A DNA stretch of 63,691 nt, filler included, from Octopus bimaculoides (GCF_001194135.2; 9 parts of 7 records of this genome joined end to end with filler, not necessarily neighbours in it); one strand, 5' to 3'; positions 12,219-26,130 are shown, counted from the whole stretch's first letter. Numbers and translations are program-made. The notes: generated by a model not told the origin, from the sequence alone.

Positions 12219-12672
12219 NNNNNNNNNNNNNNNNNNNNNNNNNNNNNNNNNNNNNNNNNNNNNNNNNNNNNNNNNNNNNNNNNNNNNNNNNNNNNNNNNN
12301 NNNNNNNNNNNNNNNNNNNNNNNNNNNNNNNNNNNNNNNNNNNNNNNNNNNNNNNNNNNNNNNNNNNNNNNNNNNNNNNNNNNNNNNNNNNNNNNNNNNN
12401 NNNNNNNNNNNNNNNNNNNNNNNNNNNNNNNNNNNNNNNNNNNNNNNNNNNNNNNNNNNNNNNNNNNNNNNNNNNNNNNNNNNNNNNNNNNNNNNNNNNN
12501 NNNNNNNNNNNNNNNNNNNNNNNNNNNNNNNNNNNNNNNNNNNNNNNNNNNNNNNNNNNNNNNNNNNNNNNNNNNNNNNNNNNNNNNNNNNNNNNNNNNN
12601 NNNNNNNNNNNNNNNNNNNNNNNNNNNNNNNNNNNNNNNNNNNNNNNNNNNNNNNNNNNNNNNNNNNNNNNN

Positions 12673-12705
<33 letters not shown>

Positions 12706-13197
12706 GTATATGTATATATAAATTACCATATGCCTTCATCTACATGTGAGCATAAATATATCGTTATGTCCCTTTATAAACATTTATCTGTGTACGCGTG
12801 TATGTGTGAATACTCTCACACCCATACGCGCGCGAGCACACACACACATATATATATTATGTATGTGTGTGTATCTGTCTGTCTGTCTATTTGTATGTGT
12901 GTATGTATGTATGTATCAGAATGTATCGGGGAAAACAATCAGTCATTTCACTACAGTTGTCATATGTGAATCACATTAGCTGTATGATAATACTTCTGTA
13001 TAAGCATTTACCTGACGATTCTTATAAAATATAAAAGTGCTTATAATATTGTAATACGCAATATCGTAAAATTTCAAAATGCAAAAATATAATTTGCAAA
13101 TCGGACTATGTTAGAATTTGACTAATTTATTTATTCACAGACAATTTTACAAACCCTGACTGATATATGTATACAGTTATATACATAGATAGTATAT

Positions 13198-13230
<33 letters not shown>

Positions 13231-14525
13231 NNNNNNNNNNNNNNNNNNNNNNNNNNNNNNNNNNNNNNNNNNNNNNNNNNNNNNNNNNNNNNNNNNNNNN
13301 NNNNNNNNNNNNNNNNNNNNNNNNNNNNNNNNNNNNNNNNNNNNNNNNNNNNNNNNNNNNNNNNNNNNNNNNNNNNNNNNNNNNNNNNNNNNNNNNNNNN
13401 NNNNNNNNNNNNNNNNNNNNNNNNNNNNNNNNNNNNNNNNNNNNNNNNNNNNNNNNNNNNNNNNNNNNNNNNNNNNNNNNNNNNNNNNNNNNNNNNNNNN
13501 NNNNNNNNNNNNNNNNNNNNNNNNNNNNNNNNNNNATATATATATATATATACTGCCGATGGTATATACGTAGCTACTCAGACTGCGTGGACATCAGATA
13601 TCATGCTATTTATATCAACATTGTTGGAACACAACAGACTCATTTGTTGTCTCGGGTTACGTGAAATTTGTCTATAAATTAAGGTTCATCATTAAATTAT
13701 TATTAGGTTATAATTCACAAATAACAAGATAGTTTAAGGAAGGTAATTATTGAAACTTGAATTTTTAAAGCAGAATGATTAAACTAGTTTAAGGGAAGTA
13801 ATCGTAGTTGGTACTTGAAATGACAAGAGGGAAGTAATCTATTATTTATTTTAAAAATCGTAGTAATTAGAATGCAATTAAATTTCAAATTATTAACTGA
13901 AATTATTAAAAGGAAGATAGCATTAATATCACCACATGGAGTAGCTGTAGCCATGAGAAAGATACGAATGTGAAGAATAGTTGAAGGGAAATCGTTAATC
14001 GTTAACAGATATATCGTGAGTGGAGAATATTGGTAATAGAAAGGGAGGTAAATAACATTTTCAATGTCAAGTTTAAGTTCATATAGCGATATAACAACAC
14101 AGAAAGTTAGGTATTCGGTCACTTGGAATATCAATGATCAGTTTATTGAGAGTTTCATAAGCATAGTCTGACCCTACTTGTGCGACAGTCAGGTGGGTTG
14201 CTTTCCTCTTCACTCTACCTCATGACGGGTACAAAAATCTACCAAGCTTTCATTCTTTCAGCAAAATGTACCAGTTTTAGTATTTGTGTGATGAGGTGTA
14301 AAATAGACTATGGAATAATCAACAATGTAATAAAGAGGCTTAGCATCCACGGCATTTCAACATGCGACAGTCAATAGACGACAAAGATAACATAGTAATG
14401 GCGAAGCTAAACAACTACACGGATCTCTCTTTTGAGAACATTGCATCTGGTTTCAATCAGAAATACAAATTTCTATTAACCTTTAAATTTTATTTTTTTA
14501 ATTAATAGTTAATTAATAATTAAAA

Positions 14526-14938
14526 GGCGTAGGAGTGGCTGTGTGGTAAGTACTTGCTTACCAACCACATGGTTTCGGGTTCAGTCGCACTGCATGGCAC
14601 CTTGGGCACCTTCTACTATAGCCTCGGGCCGACCAAAGCCTTATGAGTGGATTTGGTAGACGGAAACTGATAGAAGCCCGTCGTATATATGTATATATAT
14701 ATATATGCATGTGTGTGTGTGTGTTTGTGTGTCTGTGTTTGTCCCCCCAACATCGCTTGACAACCGAAGCTGGTGTGTTTACGTCCCCGTAACTTAGCGG
14801 TTCAGCAAAAGAGACCGATAGAATAAGTACTAGGCTTCCAAAGAATAAGTCCTGGAGTCGATTTGCTCGACTAAATGCGGTGCTCCAGCATGGCCACAGT
14901 AAAAAAACTGAAACAAGTAAAAGAGTAAAAGAGTAAGA
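14526..14938 (+). mobile_element. tRNA-derived SINE family B, full length, with internal (TA)n(TG)n cassette
   Basis: tRNA-like head GGCGTAGGAGTGGCTGTGTGGTAAG...GGTTCAGTCGCAC, body ending GAAGCCCGTCG, microsatellite, 3' half ending CCAGCATGGCC..CAG..GAAACAAGTAAAAGAG. Many copies in the window. Confidence 0.9.
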
Positions 14939-15839
14939 GTTATTTTAACATCGGTTTGGTGTAGAAGATAGAATTAATCCCATGAGAGCTCTATAGGCAC
15001 AAGGAAAACATGAACAGGGAAGGAGAACCAATGTTTAAGAAAGGAATAACTGAGAGTAGTAGTAATTAAAGTGATGGTGTGGGGAGAACGAGTGCATGCG
15101 AGTGTAAAGACTGTTTTGACGTGAAAATTGTTTTAACAATCCATTAAGCCACAGAAGCATGCAATGACTCAACATATTCAGTAAATGAATTCACTTGTCG
15201 TTTGTTTTTTATTAAAACAATAACCTAATTACAAGGAACTACCAGTAGTGACTTATGGACTTAGAGACAACCCCAAACATTACTCGGATTTTTTAATATG
15301 CTAGACCACGGGTTTTAATTGATTAATATCAATTTCTACCCTCATTAATAAATTTTAAATATTGATGTTCTCTTANNNNNNNNNNTTTTAAATATTGATG
15401 TTCTCTTACCGGTAAATTAGCTGCAAAAATTTATTAACTGCAGAATTATTTCCGGACTTAGCGTGCCAGATTTGAAGACATTTGAAGGGACACACTGAAT
15501 GTAATTTGCAGAACTCTACACGTGCTCACTTACGGCTGGACGGCTTGTGTCTAGTTCTGGGTATTACATCTCAAATCGACAGACTTACGCTGACGATCCT
15601 GCAGATATTTACTTATGTAAATTTTAACAGGTGAAACCATGGTTCGTAGGTTAATCGTTTTTTAATTTAGTATTTTTTCATTTGTCTTGCTCGTTTACAG
15701 TCTGTTGTGTCGCTAAATTTTCTACTAAGAACATTTTTTTTCGTGGTTATATGATTCGGCATCTATTTCTAGCATATAGGAATCCACATTTGCTGGTCAT
15801 TCCTCTTATTTTTGTGTATATATATATATATATATATAT

Positions 15840-15939
15840 NNNNNNNNNNNNNNNNNNNNNNNNNNNNNNNNNNNNNNNNNNNNTTAATTAATTAANNNNN
15901 NNNNNNNNNNNNNNNNNNNNNNNNNNNNNNNNNNNNNNN
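15840..15939. other. Artificial 100-nt join linker (44N-TTAATTAATTAA-44N); also at 23251, 30929, 36940, 48618, 53470, 58610, 61649
   Basis: Identical length and centre in eight places. The palindromic 12-mer has TAA in all six frames. Confidence 0.95.
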
Positions 15940-16009
15940 ATGCTTACAAAGTATAAGTCCTGAGTTGAATTGTTCGACTAAAGGCGGTGCTTCAGCATGG
16001 CCGCAGTCA

Positions 16010-16033
16010 AATGGTGGTGGTTGTAGTGGTGGT

Positions 16034-16075
<42 letters not shown>

Positions 16076-16200
16076 AGTTGTGGTGTTCATGTTAATGACG
16101 TTAGTGATGATGATGATGACGAAGACGTCGATAATGATAATAGTGATGATAACGATGATGGTGATAGTAATAAGGATGACGACGAGGAAGAAGATACTTG
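16010..16200. repeat. Compound trinucleotide microsatellite (GGT/GGC/GAT/GAC)n directly after a SINE B tail
   Basis: Starts immediately after CAGCATGGCCGCAGTCAAATG. Confidence 0.9.
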
Positions 16201-17217
16201 ATTAGGAGGAGGATGTTGCTGTTCGTCGTCGTCGTCGTTATCGAGCGGCTGCTGCTGCTTCTGCTACTGGTGACTGACGATGTTGATGATGCATCTTAAT
16301 AGTTTGGGGTTTGGAGACTGTCTCTTTCAAATGTGTCTGACACCGCTCACGTTTTCATCTTTTATTATTTAAATGTATTCCTGTATCATAACGCTTAGCT
16401 TATGTTGCGACAATGTCTAACCTGAAACTTTACCATCATGGACTAATTATTTGTTTGTCTGGTTTTTTTTTGTTATTTTTACATATATTTTTGTTTTACT
16501 ATCATATTTAATGTTATTTAATTTCATTCCTCGACCGTTGGTCTTTCATTGGCAAGTAGTAAAACGAATGAAGAGAAAGATTTATGGCAAAGCATTAGGG
16601 CAAAAGAAGACCAGCGTTCCAACCCAAAATACAAACACACAAAAAAAAAAAAAGCAGACCAGATAGACAGACTGACACCAGGCAGTTCGACTGACCAATT
16701 GACTGACCGATTGTCTGCACCAACCACCATCCCCAGTATGTTTCTTCATCAATAAATCTTGGATTCAGTGGTTCCATAGAATAGCAGACAATAATTTGGT
16801 TTACATTCTTTCTCATCACCTTATCTCCCGCCCACTTACTCTGACACTTTNNNNNNNNNNNNNNNNNNNNNNNNNNNNNNNNNNNNNNNNNNNNNNNNNN
16901 NNNNNNNNNNNNNNNNNNNNNNNNNNNNNNNNNNNNNNNNNNNNNNNNNNNNNNNNNNNNNNNNNNNNNNNNNNNNNNNNNNNNNNNNNNNNNNNNNNNN
17001 NNNNNNNNNNNNNNNNNNNNNNNNNNNNNNNNNNNNNNNNNNNNNNNNNNNNNNNNNNNNNNNNNNNNNNNNNNNNNNNNNNNNNNNNNNNNNNNNNNNN
17101 NNNNNNNNNNNNNNNNNNNNNNNNNNNNNNNNNNNNNNNNNNNNNNNNNNNNNNNNNNNNNNNNNNNNNNNNNNNNNNNNNNNNNNNNNNNNNNNNNNNN
17201 NNNNNNNNNNNNNNNNN

Positions 17218-17250
<33 letters not shown>

Positions 17251-18020
17251 TATGATTATAAACATAATTATAATTAGAGGTCAGCTAATTGCTTCACCAC
17301 ATACTGAATTATGTGTCGACCGAAGTGGTGTATGCCACTCTGTGGGTACAGCATAGCAGGTCTCACATAAGCAGCACATTCCCCCCTCCACCATCCTCAT
17401 AGATCAATTGACCACCATCTTTATATGGAGCTAACATTAGGTACCTATGCTCAAACTGAGATTAGTGATACTGCATGTACCCATTGATATATGCAAGGAG
17501 GGCGCAATACGACACGACGCCATATTGATTACGATGTTTCCAGATCAACACCAACATTTTAAATTAGGAATGTACAAAATTAGTGAAAACATTAGAAAAC
17601 TACACTCATTTACGTTTTCTAGTAAATCACGCAAATTAGCAACACTTATGGCATCATCGGTGAGCAGCTCTCCATTCACTTTATACACTAAATTTCATAT
17701 TTGTCACCCCTTATTAACCCATTTGGAACAGTTACATTTTGCTATAATGCACATTTTCCACTGAATTCAACCAGAGTATTTTCGTGGTTAGGTGGACACT
17801 AGTTTGATAGTTGAGCTCTGATGGGCTGTATGCAAATGAGTCCATAACTGGAGTCAGAATTCTCGTGAGAAAAAACTTTGCGAACGGGACGCCGGTCCGT
17901 TGCAAATGTTAATGAGTTAAACAATATGAAAATAGTCTTATATTATTGCTTTTTCTTTTTTTTTACGTTCAAAGTTCAAATTCTATCGGAATTGACATTG
18001 GTGGTGAAAAAAATAATCAG

Positions 18021-18392
18021 ACATGGCTGTGTGATGAAGACGCTCAGTTTACAACCACGTGATTTCTAGCTCGGTTCCACTGTGCGGCACCTTGGAAAAG
18101 TGTCTTATACTAGAGCTCCGGACCGATTAATGTCTTAAAACTGAATAAAGTGGATGGAAACTGTGTGGAAGCCCGTCGTGTATATGAGTGTATGTGTGTG
18201 TCTTTTGTGCCTGTGCTTGTCCACGAACCCGCTTTACAACCGCTGTTGATTCGTTTACGTCCCCGTAACATAGTGGTTCGGCAAAAGAGACCAGACAAAT
18301 AAAGAAGAAAAAAGCCTTAAATACTGGGGTATTTAAGGTATAGCCCCAGTATAGCCCCAATCCAATAACTGAAACAAGTTAAAGATAAAAGA
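18021..18392 (+). mobile_element. SINE family B, near full length, diverged
   Basis: GTGCGGCACCTTGGAAAAGTG...GAAGCCCGTCG, short microsatellite, TTTACGTCCCCGTAAC...GAAACAAGT. Confidence 0.8.
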
Positions 18393-18739
18393 TTAGAAAT
18401 TAGTTCTTTCCTTCATGTCACCCCAGAACAATTTGGAGCGGAAACTGAACTCGGGAAGTGAAAGAGCATAATTAAATATCTTAAAGCATTTTGTACAGGA
18501 TTCCACTAATTCTACCCATCCACAGCCTTTTCTTTGACTTTAAGCTGTGTGTGTCAAATAAGGAATATGGATTGATGCGTCTGTCATGCTTTATTCCTCA
18601 TGGGAATTACCAATATTAATGAGAGCCTTTTGAAGTGCGAATTGAAACCGTCTTACCGACCTCCGTTTCCAGTGCAACGACGGGCGCTAAGTTCGGTTAC
18701 CTCTGTAGAGTTTGTTCCTAAGTCCATTCTCTCTCTCGT

Positions 18740-18824
<85 letters not shown>

Positions 18825-19013
18825 CGTGCATGTTATATTTGTGTGTATTAATTGATTTAGTTGCTCTCTTTGATTGGAGTAATTTTCATTGATCTTTATT
18901 TTTTTATCAGGGTCATCTCTCTTGTGACATAGATACAAGAAAAGATGCAGGTAACAAAGAGAAGAGCGGAAATAGAGAGAGGAGAAAAAGGAAATGGAGG
19001 AGGAAGAGGTAAC

Positions 19014-19092
<79 letters not shown>
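19014..19092. repeat. (GATA)n microsatellite running into a gap
   Basis: Direct reading. Confidence 0.95.
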
Positions 19093-19806
19093 NNNNNNNN
19101 NNNNNNNNNNNNNNNNNNNNNNNNNNNNNNNNNNNNNNNNNNNNNNNNNNNNNNNNNNNNNNNNNNNNNNNNNNNNNNNNNNNNNNNNNNNNNNNNNNNN
19201 NNNNNNNNNNNNNNNNNNNNNNNNNNNNNNNNNNNNNNNNNNNNNNNNNNNNNNNNNNNNNNNNNNNNNNNNNNNNNNNNNNNNNNNNNNNNNNNNNNNN
19301 NNNNNNNNNNNNNNNNNNNNNNNNNNNNNNNNNNNNNNNNNNNNNNNNNNNNNNNNNNNNNNNNNNNNNNNNNNNNNNNNNNNNNNNNNNNNNNNNNNNN
19401 NNNNNNNNNNNNNNNNNNNNNNNNNNNNNNNNNNNNNNNNNNNNNNNNNNNNNNNNNNNNNNNNNNNNNNNNNNNNNNNNNNNNNNNNNNNNNNNNNNNN
19501 NNNNNNNNNNNNNNNNNNNNNNNNNNNNNNNNNNNNNNNNNNNNNNNNNNNNNNNNNNNNNNNNNNNNNNNNNNNNNNNNNNNNNNNNNNNNNNNNNNNN
19601 NNNNNNNNNNNNNNNNNNNNNNNNNNNNNNNNNNNNNNNNNNNNNNNNNNNNNNNNNNNNNNNNNNNNNNNNNNNNNNNNNNNNNNNNNNNNNNNNNNNN
19701 NNNNNNNNNNNNNNNNNNNNNNNNNNNNNNNNNNNNNNNNNNNNNNNNNNNNNNNNNNNNNNNNNNNNNNNNNNNNNNNNNNNNNNNNNNNNNNNNNNNN
19801 NNNNNN

Positions 19807-20106
19807 GTGGCTGAGCACTCCACAGACACGTATACACTTAACGTAGTTCTCGGGAAGATTCAGCGTGACACAGTGTAACAAGGCTGACCCTTTGAATTAC
19901 AGGCACAACAGAAACAGGAAGTAAGAGTGAGAGAAAGTTGTGGTGGAAGAGTACAGCAGGGTTCGCCACCATCCCCTGCCGGAGCCTCGTGGAGCTTTAG
20001 GTGTTTTCGCTCAATAAACACTCACAACGCCCGGTCTGGGAATCGAAACCGCGATCCTATGACCGCGAGTCCGCTGCACTAACCACTGGGACATTGCGCC
20101 TCCACT
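19807..20106 (-). mobile_element. tRNA-derived SINE family A
   Basis: Reverse complement of 28450-28750, including the tRNA-like head. The 3' part is lost in the gap. Confidence 0.88.
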
Positions 20107-21739
20107 GTATTTTGTATACAGCTCTAATAAACCTTTCATAAACCGATCCATGGAAGTTTGTCTTTGCTAGTTTCTCGTAACATCCGTTTTAATTTGGCTG
20201 CTGAATTACACAACATAAAAATGGCATTCTTATGATAATTCATCAAACAACGTCGAAGGGATTATAAGTGTACCGGTGTGTTTTCAGTTTTTATCGCTAA
20301 ATTCTACCAGTAATTTCGTTTCATATATTTTACTAAATTTATCTACATTAACAGTCGTTGATCTCCACCTGGATTTCATTTCAAAATCTCTCGCTAACAA
20401 TATTGTGCTCTATAGAATTGACACTCCGTCGGTTACGACGAGGAGCGTTCCAGCTGATTCAATCAACCGAACAGCCTGCTCGTGGAAATAATGTGCAAGT
20501 TCACGTTGTCTGTGCTGTTGTTGTCTATATTGATTTCACCCCGTGTTTTGTTTTAATTTTTCTGTGTGTTAGTATATTATATATGTTTCTGCGCTTCTGT
20601 GGGTTAGTATTTTTCTGTGCTTTTTTCTGTGTGTTAGTATCTTTACATATTTTTTATTTCATATATTTTTGGGATTCATTGACTCAGATAGCTGGATTTA
20701 TGATTTCACTAGGTTAATTCTATTCATAAACATTTAAATTAGGAGTGTTTCTTAAACCGTTAGCTTTACATTTCAACATCTTAACTGAAATTTAGCCCAC
20801 ATAACAGGGACTGAGAGGAATATCGTGGAACAGAGAAACTGTGGGTGATACAGATAATTTGACATTATTTTTTAATTCTTTCCGCCAAAGTTAACTTTGC
20901 CTTTCATCCTTTCGGGGTCGATAAATTAAGTACCAGCTGCGTACTGGGTCGATTTAATCGATTGTCCCCTTCCCCTAAAATTTTGGGCCTTATGCTTAAA
21001 GTAGCAAAGATTATTTTTGAATTCTGCATGCAAAAACATATGAGATACAGGTATTCTTTTCCTTGGGACAAATTCTTTGTTGACCAGTGTTATTCTTATC
21101 GTAGCTTACAAATCCAAGCATGAAAACGTTACTCAACTTTGGAGTTTTGGAGACAGACGCCCCCTTTTCACACACACACACACACATGCATTTATATATT
21201 AATGATATACATAAATACATGGCAGGTATACATAATACTGAAGTACGCATAAAGTAAACACATGCAGACAAATATATTAATATAACAATTTTTTAAAAAT
21301 AATAAAAACATACAATCAATGAAGAGACAAAAGAAACAGTAAGATGATGCATGTTGATTTTATTAGGTATTTCTGTTTNNNNNNNNNNNNNNNNNNNNNN
21401 NNNNNNNNNNNNNNNNNNNNNNNNNNNNNNNNNNNNNNNNNNNNNNNNNNNNNNNNNNNNNNNNNNNNNNNNNNNNNNNNNNNNNNNNNNNNNNNNNNNN
21501 NNNNNNNNNNNNNNNNNNNNNNNNNNNNNNNNNNNNNNNNNNNNNNNNNNNNNNNNNNNNNNNNNNNNNNNNNNNNNNNNNNNNNNNNNNNNNNNNNNNN
21601 NNNNNNNNNNNNNNNNNNNNNNNNNNNNNNNNNNNNNNNNNNNNNNNNNNNNNNNNNNNNNNNNNNNNNNNNNNNNNNNNNNNNNNNNNNNNNNNNNNNN
21701 NNNNNNNNNNNNNNNNNNNNNNNNNNNNNNNACGTAATT

Positions 21740-22090
21740 TTACTTCACGAATTTTACTTCAGGAATTGACATTCGGTGCATGAGAGAGTTTGATGCAGCT
21801 GCCCTCATCTGCACCTCCTGCCGCGAAGTTGGTTCATCTGGGATACTTGACAGGAAGAGGTTCAGCTTTATTTTGAAGACACCTACATCCACCCCATGCA
21901 GGTCTCTCAGGTCCTTCGGGAGGATATTGAAGAGCTGTGGACCCTTGAAGCCCAGGCTATTGCAGTATCTTGTCCTACATCTTGATGGCAAATTTGGAGC
22001 CTTTGGCACTATGCAATGGCGTCCAGTTCATTTATTTGTGTAACTTTCGATGCCAAAGTTTGGGACAATTCCTTCGAGGATCTTCTGTAA
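21740..22090 (-). mobile_element. CR1/L2-group LINE 3' end
   Basis: KILEGIVPNFGI..TGRHCIVPKAP..GPQLFNILPKDLRDL..FKIKLNLFLSSIPDEP..RAAASNSL, typical of the ORF2 C-terminus in this group. Confidence 0.7.
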
Positions 22091-22422
22091 CTTTTTTTCT
22101 TCACAACATCATACCTTCAAAGCAATGAGACTGAAAGGCTAGCCGATTTTCAAATTGTTTACTTCCTTTTACAAAATGCATATTTTGTGAATGAAAAATA
22201 CTAGATGCAACGGCTGGCCTTGACACAAAATTTGAAAGCATTACTAATTCCTAGAAAAAAAAATAAGTGCCATTTTCGTCATCATCATACGAAACAATAC
22301 CAAAACTTAAGCACTGATTTGGTGTTAATTTGAAATACTTCAAATTTCAAGTGGTTGGAAGAAATTGAAAAAGATCCTGTAAGCCAAATTTCTCAAGAAT
22401 TACACATACGCAAGGAGTGTAC

Positions 22423-22506
22423 CTTGAATCAAACGCCTGCATACGCTGTGCGTAAAAAGCAAATGATAGGATGAGCACAGCGAGAATGCCTTTGATCAGA
22501 GGAGTT
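22423..22506 (-). CDS. Candidate signal-peptide exon (TPLIKGILAVLILSFAFYAQRMQAFDS)
   Basis: Open hydrophobic frame and AG|gtacac donor. The acceptor is weak (gag). Phase-compatible with a possible ATG exon at 23135-23163. Confidence 0.2.
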
Positions 22507-24606
22507 CTCAACCAGGTTTGTCATTTGGATGATTAACAGCAACAACAACAACAATACCCACGTACACAGAGTCAGACAACTCAGCGGGACAGGTTTTTAG
22601 TGTAGATATACCGAACAACAAAGAATAAGGCGGATGTTCTAAAGGCATTCGTATAAACATTCTCAAGTGTTGATGTAAGTTTTGTGATATTCATGTTGTT
22701 ATTGTTGTTGTTGTTGTTGTTTTTGGTGGTGGTTGTAGTAACATTGTATCATAACACCTTGCGGCACAATTACATCTTAAAACAATAGACACACACTTCA
22801 AATAAAAGGCTATACGGCCAGACGTGAAAAATTATGTGTATATTGAACGCTGTGAAGCAACGAACTGGAAGGAAGCGGGACGAAGTAGGTCCGTATGTTT
22901 GCTTGGCGATAGCCAAGGAAGAAAAGAATTAGTAGCTGGACACATGTGACCAGCGAGGGGTAAGGAGAAAGCGTGGTAGAGGGAGAAAAAAAGGGAAGGA
23001 ATTAGAAAACAGGTGAGCAACGAGAGAAAGAGAGGAAGAGAGAGATATAGTAGTAACAGAAGGAAGAACGAGAGGGTGAAAAAGATACAGAGATAGATAG
23101 AGTCGCGTCAGAAAATATAAAGTTCAAAACTTACTTGCAGGGATGACGCGTGCGTTCGATCATGTAAAACAAATAATAAATGAGTATATGCACATATACG
23201 TACAAGTATGTCCATACTTACATCTACCTGTATATATAGGTGCATATATANNNNNNNNNNNNNNNNNNNNNNNNNNNNNNNNNNNNNNNNNNNNTTAATT
23301 AATTAANNNNNNNNNNNNNNNNNNNNNNNNNNNNNNNNNNNNNNNNNNNNTGATCACTAGGTGGATTCCTAATATGCTAAAGGTAGACCCCATGTATATA
23401 AATAAATAAATATATATATATATATATATATATACATGCACACATTGCACGGTGATCGCCAAAATCTTTAAGTTTATATAAAAATACCATTATCATTATT
23501 TACAAGATTGTAAACTCTGCGCCGTATAAAAAACCATTCGCACTGAAATATATATATATTTGTGTGTGCGTATGTATGTATGTATATATATATGTATAAA
23601 TGTATATGTATGATTGTATGTTAGTAAATATACATGTATACAGACGTATATATAATCATATACGTACATATAAAATACACATATACGTGTATATCTCTCC
23701 ATATGTGAATATGTGTGAGCGCGTGCTCGTGTTTAACAGACATACATATGCTCCGCAGTTCATGTCTCAGTTTCATTGAAAATTAATGAAATTATCTACA
23801 GCGCATACGCGCACGCGCACCAATTCTGATCGAGTCCTTATGTCTAAGAGTGTTACCATATGTATTGACGATCCAATATTCAACTGTAGAGAGCTGCGTG
23901 TGTCACTTTCTCATGTTTCATTGTTTAAATTAAAAGTGATAGCTCTATTGCTATAATTGCGTTTCGGTGTGAATTGTCAGTCTCTAGAGTCAAGAAGTTT
24001 CGCAACTTGAGAACTCTTCTAAGTTAGACTTCACTTTCGAAGTAGAATGTAAGCAAAATTACTTATAAGATTTGACAACCTTCCATTGCCATTGTTGTAT
24101 GTTATTTATTGTTTGAATCAGGCCAGTTCTTATTGAGTAGACATGTGTTTAAAGGGGTTCCAATGATGACCATCCAGTCGTTTACGACAGATGAAAGTTT
24201 CGCTATATTTTGCTGAACAACCCGCACAGATGATTTGCTTATAATGATCACATGTTTGTGTGGTACATGAACTCACTGCCTCCATCAAAACGACGTTGTA
24301 TGAACAGGTGCACAGTGTGCCACATATCAAATGTTGAAACCAGGATCTTGCGATACATTAGTTCTCCCTACTACATTAAATCGACATTACCTCTACAGAT
24401 GCATGATGTGTTAAACGTCAGATAACAAAGTAATCGCAAAACAACGTGAAATGAAAGGCTTTGCTCACAAACACAACGCATCGCCCGGTCAAGATATCGA
24501 AACCATGATCTTGCAATCATGAGCGCAACGCCCTAACCACTAGGCCATTCGCCTTCACACAACTCACTGCTAGACACTCGTATATCAAGGAATGACCATT
24601 ACTTAC

Positions 24607-24724
24607 CTGTTGTCCGATTTGAAGATAAAATAATTCATGAGACAGAGAATAGCCGATGTAGCCAGTACCGGTCATTGAGGTCCAGCATTGGTCTGATATG
24701 TCACATGACCGAGTAGCACCGACC
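24607..24724 (-). CDS. C16orf89: Internal coding exon of C16orf89-like protein: VGATRSCDISDQCWTSMTGTGYIGYSLSHELFYLQIGQQ
   Basis: Acceptor ttttctgttccag|, donor CAG|gtaagt, 118 nt, phase 2-0. TG|G restores a Trp. C..SD.C...MT..G..GY.LSH.L pattern matches the family (CGLSDLCRSLMTKPGCSGYCLSHQLL as recalled). Confidence 0.88.
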
Positions 24725-24914
24725 CTGGAACAGAAAATTTATGTACACCACTGATAAAAGCAATATGGATATGTGGGCGTGTTTATGCAAATATATATTT
24801 GTGTTTGTGGGTGGGTGGGTGTTAGTGTTTATATATATATGTATGTATGTATGTATGTGTATGTATGTACGCATGTATGTGTATATATATATATATATAT
24901 ATATTTCTATCTAT

Positions 24915-24961
<47 letters not shown>

Positions 24962-25044
24962 TTAATCCATGAAGTTTTAACTTCGTCTGATTTTCACGTT
25001 TTGCAATTTTTACAATTTTACAACTTTATAATTTTGACATGACA

Positions 25045-25410
25045 GTAGAAAGGCCAGCAATTTCGGGGGAGGGGATAAGTTGATTACATCGACCTTCAGT
25101 ATTCAACTGGTACTTGTTTTGTCGAGCCCGAAAGGATGAAAAGCAATTCGACCTCGACGGAATTTGAACTCAGAACTCAGCGGCAGACGAAATACCGCAA
25201 AGCATTTCGCCTGGCGTGCTAAAGTTTCTGCCAGCTCGCCGCCATCGTACCATCTTTAATATTAGTTTAAAAGTTTGGCACAAAGCCAGCAATTTCGAGT
25301 GAATGGGTAAGTCGATTATATCGATCCTAGAGTTCAACTAGTATTCATTTTATCGATCCTAAAAGTAAGAAAAGCAAAACCGACCGCTGCGGAATTTGAA
25401 CTCAGAACGT
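25045..25410 (-). mobile_element. Two adjacent SINE family C copies
   Basis: 25045-25245 and partial 25270-25410, both containing GAATTTGAACTCAGAAC. Confidence 0.8.
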
Positions 25411-25808
25411 ACATATAATCGTCAATACTAATTACCATAATAACATACACGGACACAGGGGGAGATAATTTGGTGGTTGTAGTAGTGGAAGAGGATAATC
25501 AGTACAATTCCAATACGTGGTTAGTAGTATTGACCAACACGCCACCATTTCTGCTACAGGCTAATAAACGACCGTTGATCCCGTTAAGCTCTGTTAATAC
25601 TTCATGGCAGTTTTTCAGAACAATATTTTTGCATGTGTGTGTGTGTGCAGCGCAAATGTAATTTATATATGGAGCTATGATTGTGACACATCTATGTATG
25701 TGGAAGCGTCTTGTGTATGTGTACGTCTGTGTGAAACGGTGTATGACACTAGTTATGTGTATACGCGTGTGTGTACATGTATGAGTGTGTGTGAGTATGT
25801 GTGTGAAA

Positions 25809-25846
<38 letters not shown>

Positions 25847-26069
25847 TAAGGTCATATCATAACGGTGTCAATCTAAACTGACAGCCAATGAAATTACTTC
25901 CTTCCAAGAAGCAATAATCCGGATTAGTAAATCTTCCCCAGTACACATCTTAAATTTATATCAAGATCTTCGGACGTGCAGGGATAAGTTCACATATCGT
26001 GTCGTGTATATGTTCAGATGTGTGTATCTCTGTCCCTGTCCCTCTATTCCCCGCTGTCGCTCTCTCACT

Positions 26070-26108
<39 letters not shown>

Positions 26109-26130
26109 NNNNNNNNNNNNNNNNNNNNNN

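Noticed and set aside
13550-13672. Minus-strand frame SLLCSNNVDIN resembling the next C16orf89 exon (NLFCANMMDLN)
   Set aside because: Wrong phase, in-frame stop, no DLFMEQ-like motif, no good donor, and it lies on a different segment.
15340-15410. Direct duplication TTTTAAATATTGATGTTCTCTTA
   Set aside because: It flanks a 10-N gap, so it is an unmerged contig overlap.
15884-15895. TTAATTAATTAA recurring eight times as a possible regular repeat or CRISPR-like array
   Set aside because: Always centred in exactly 100 nt of N-padded join. It is an assembly linker.
15965-16205. Gly/Asp-rich ORF
   Set aside because: The start is a SINE tail and the rest is microsatellite.
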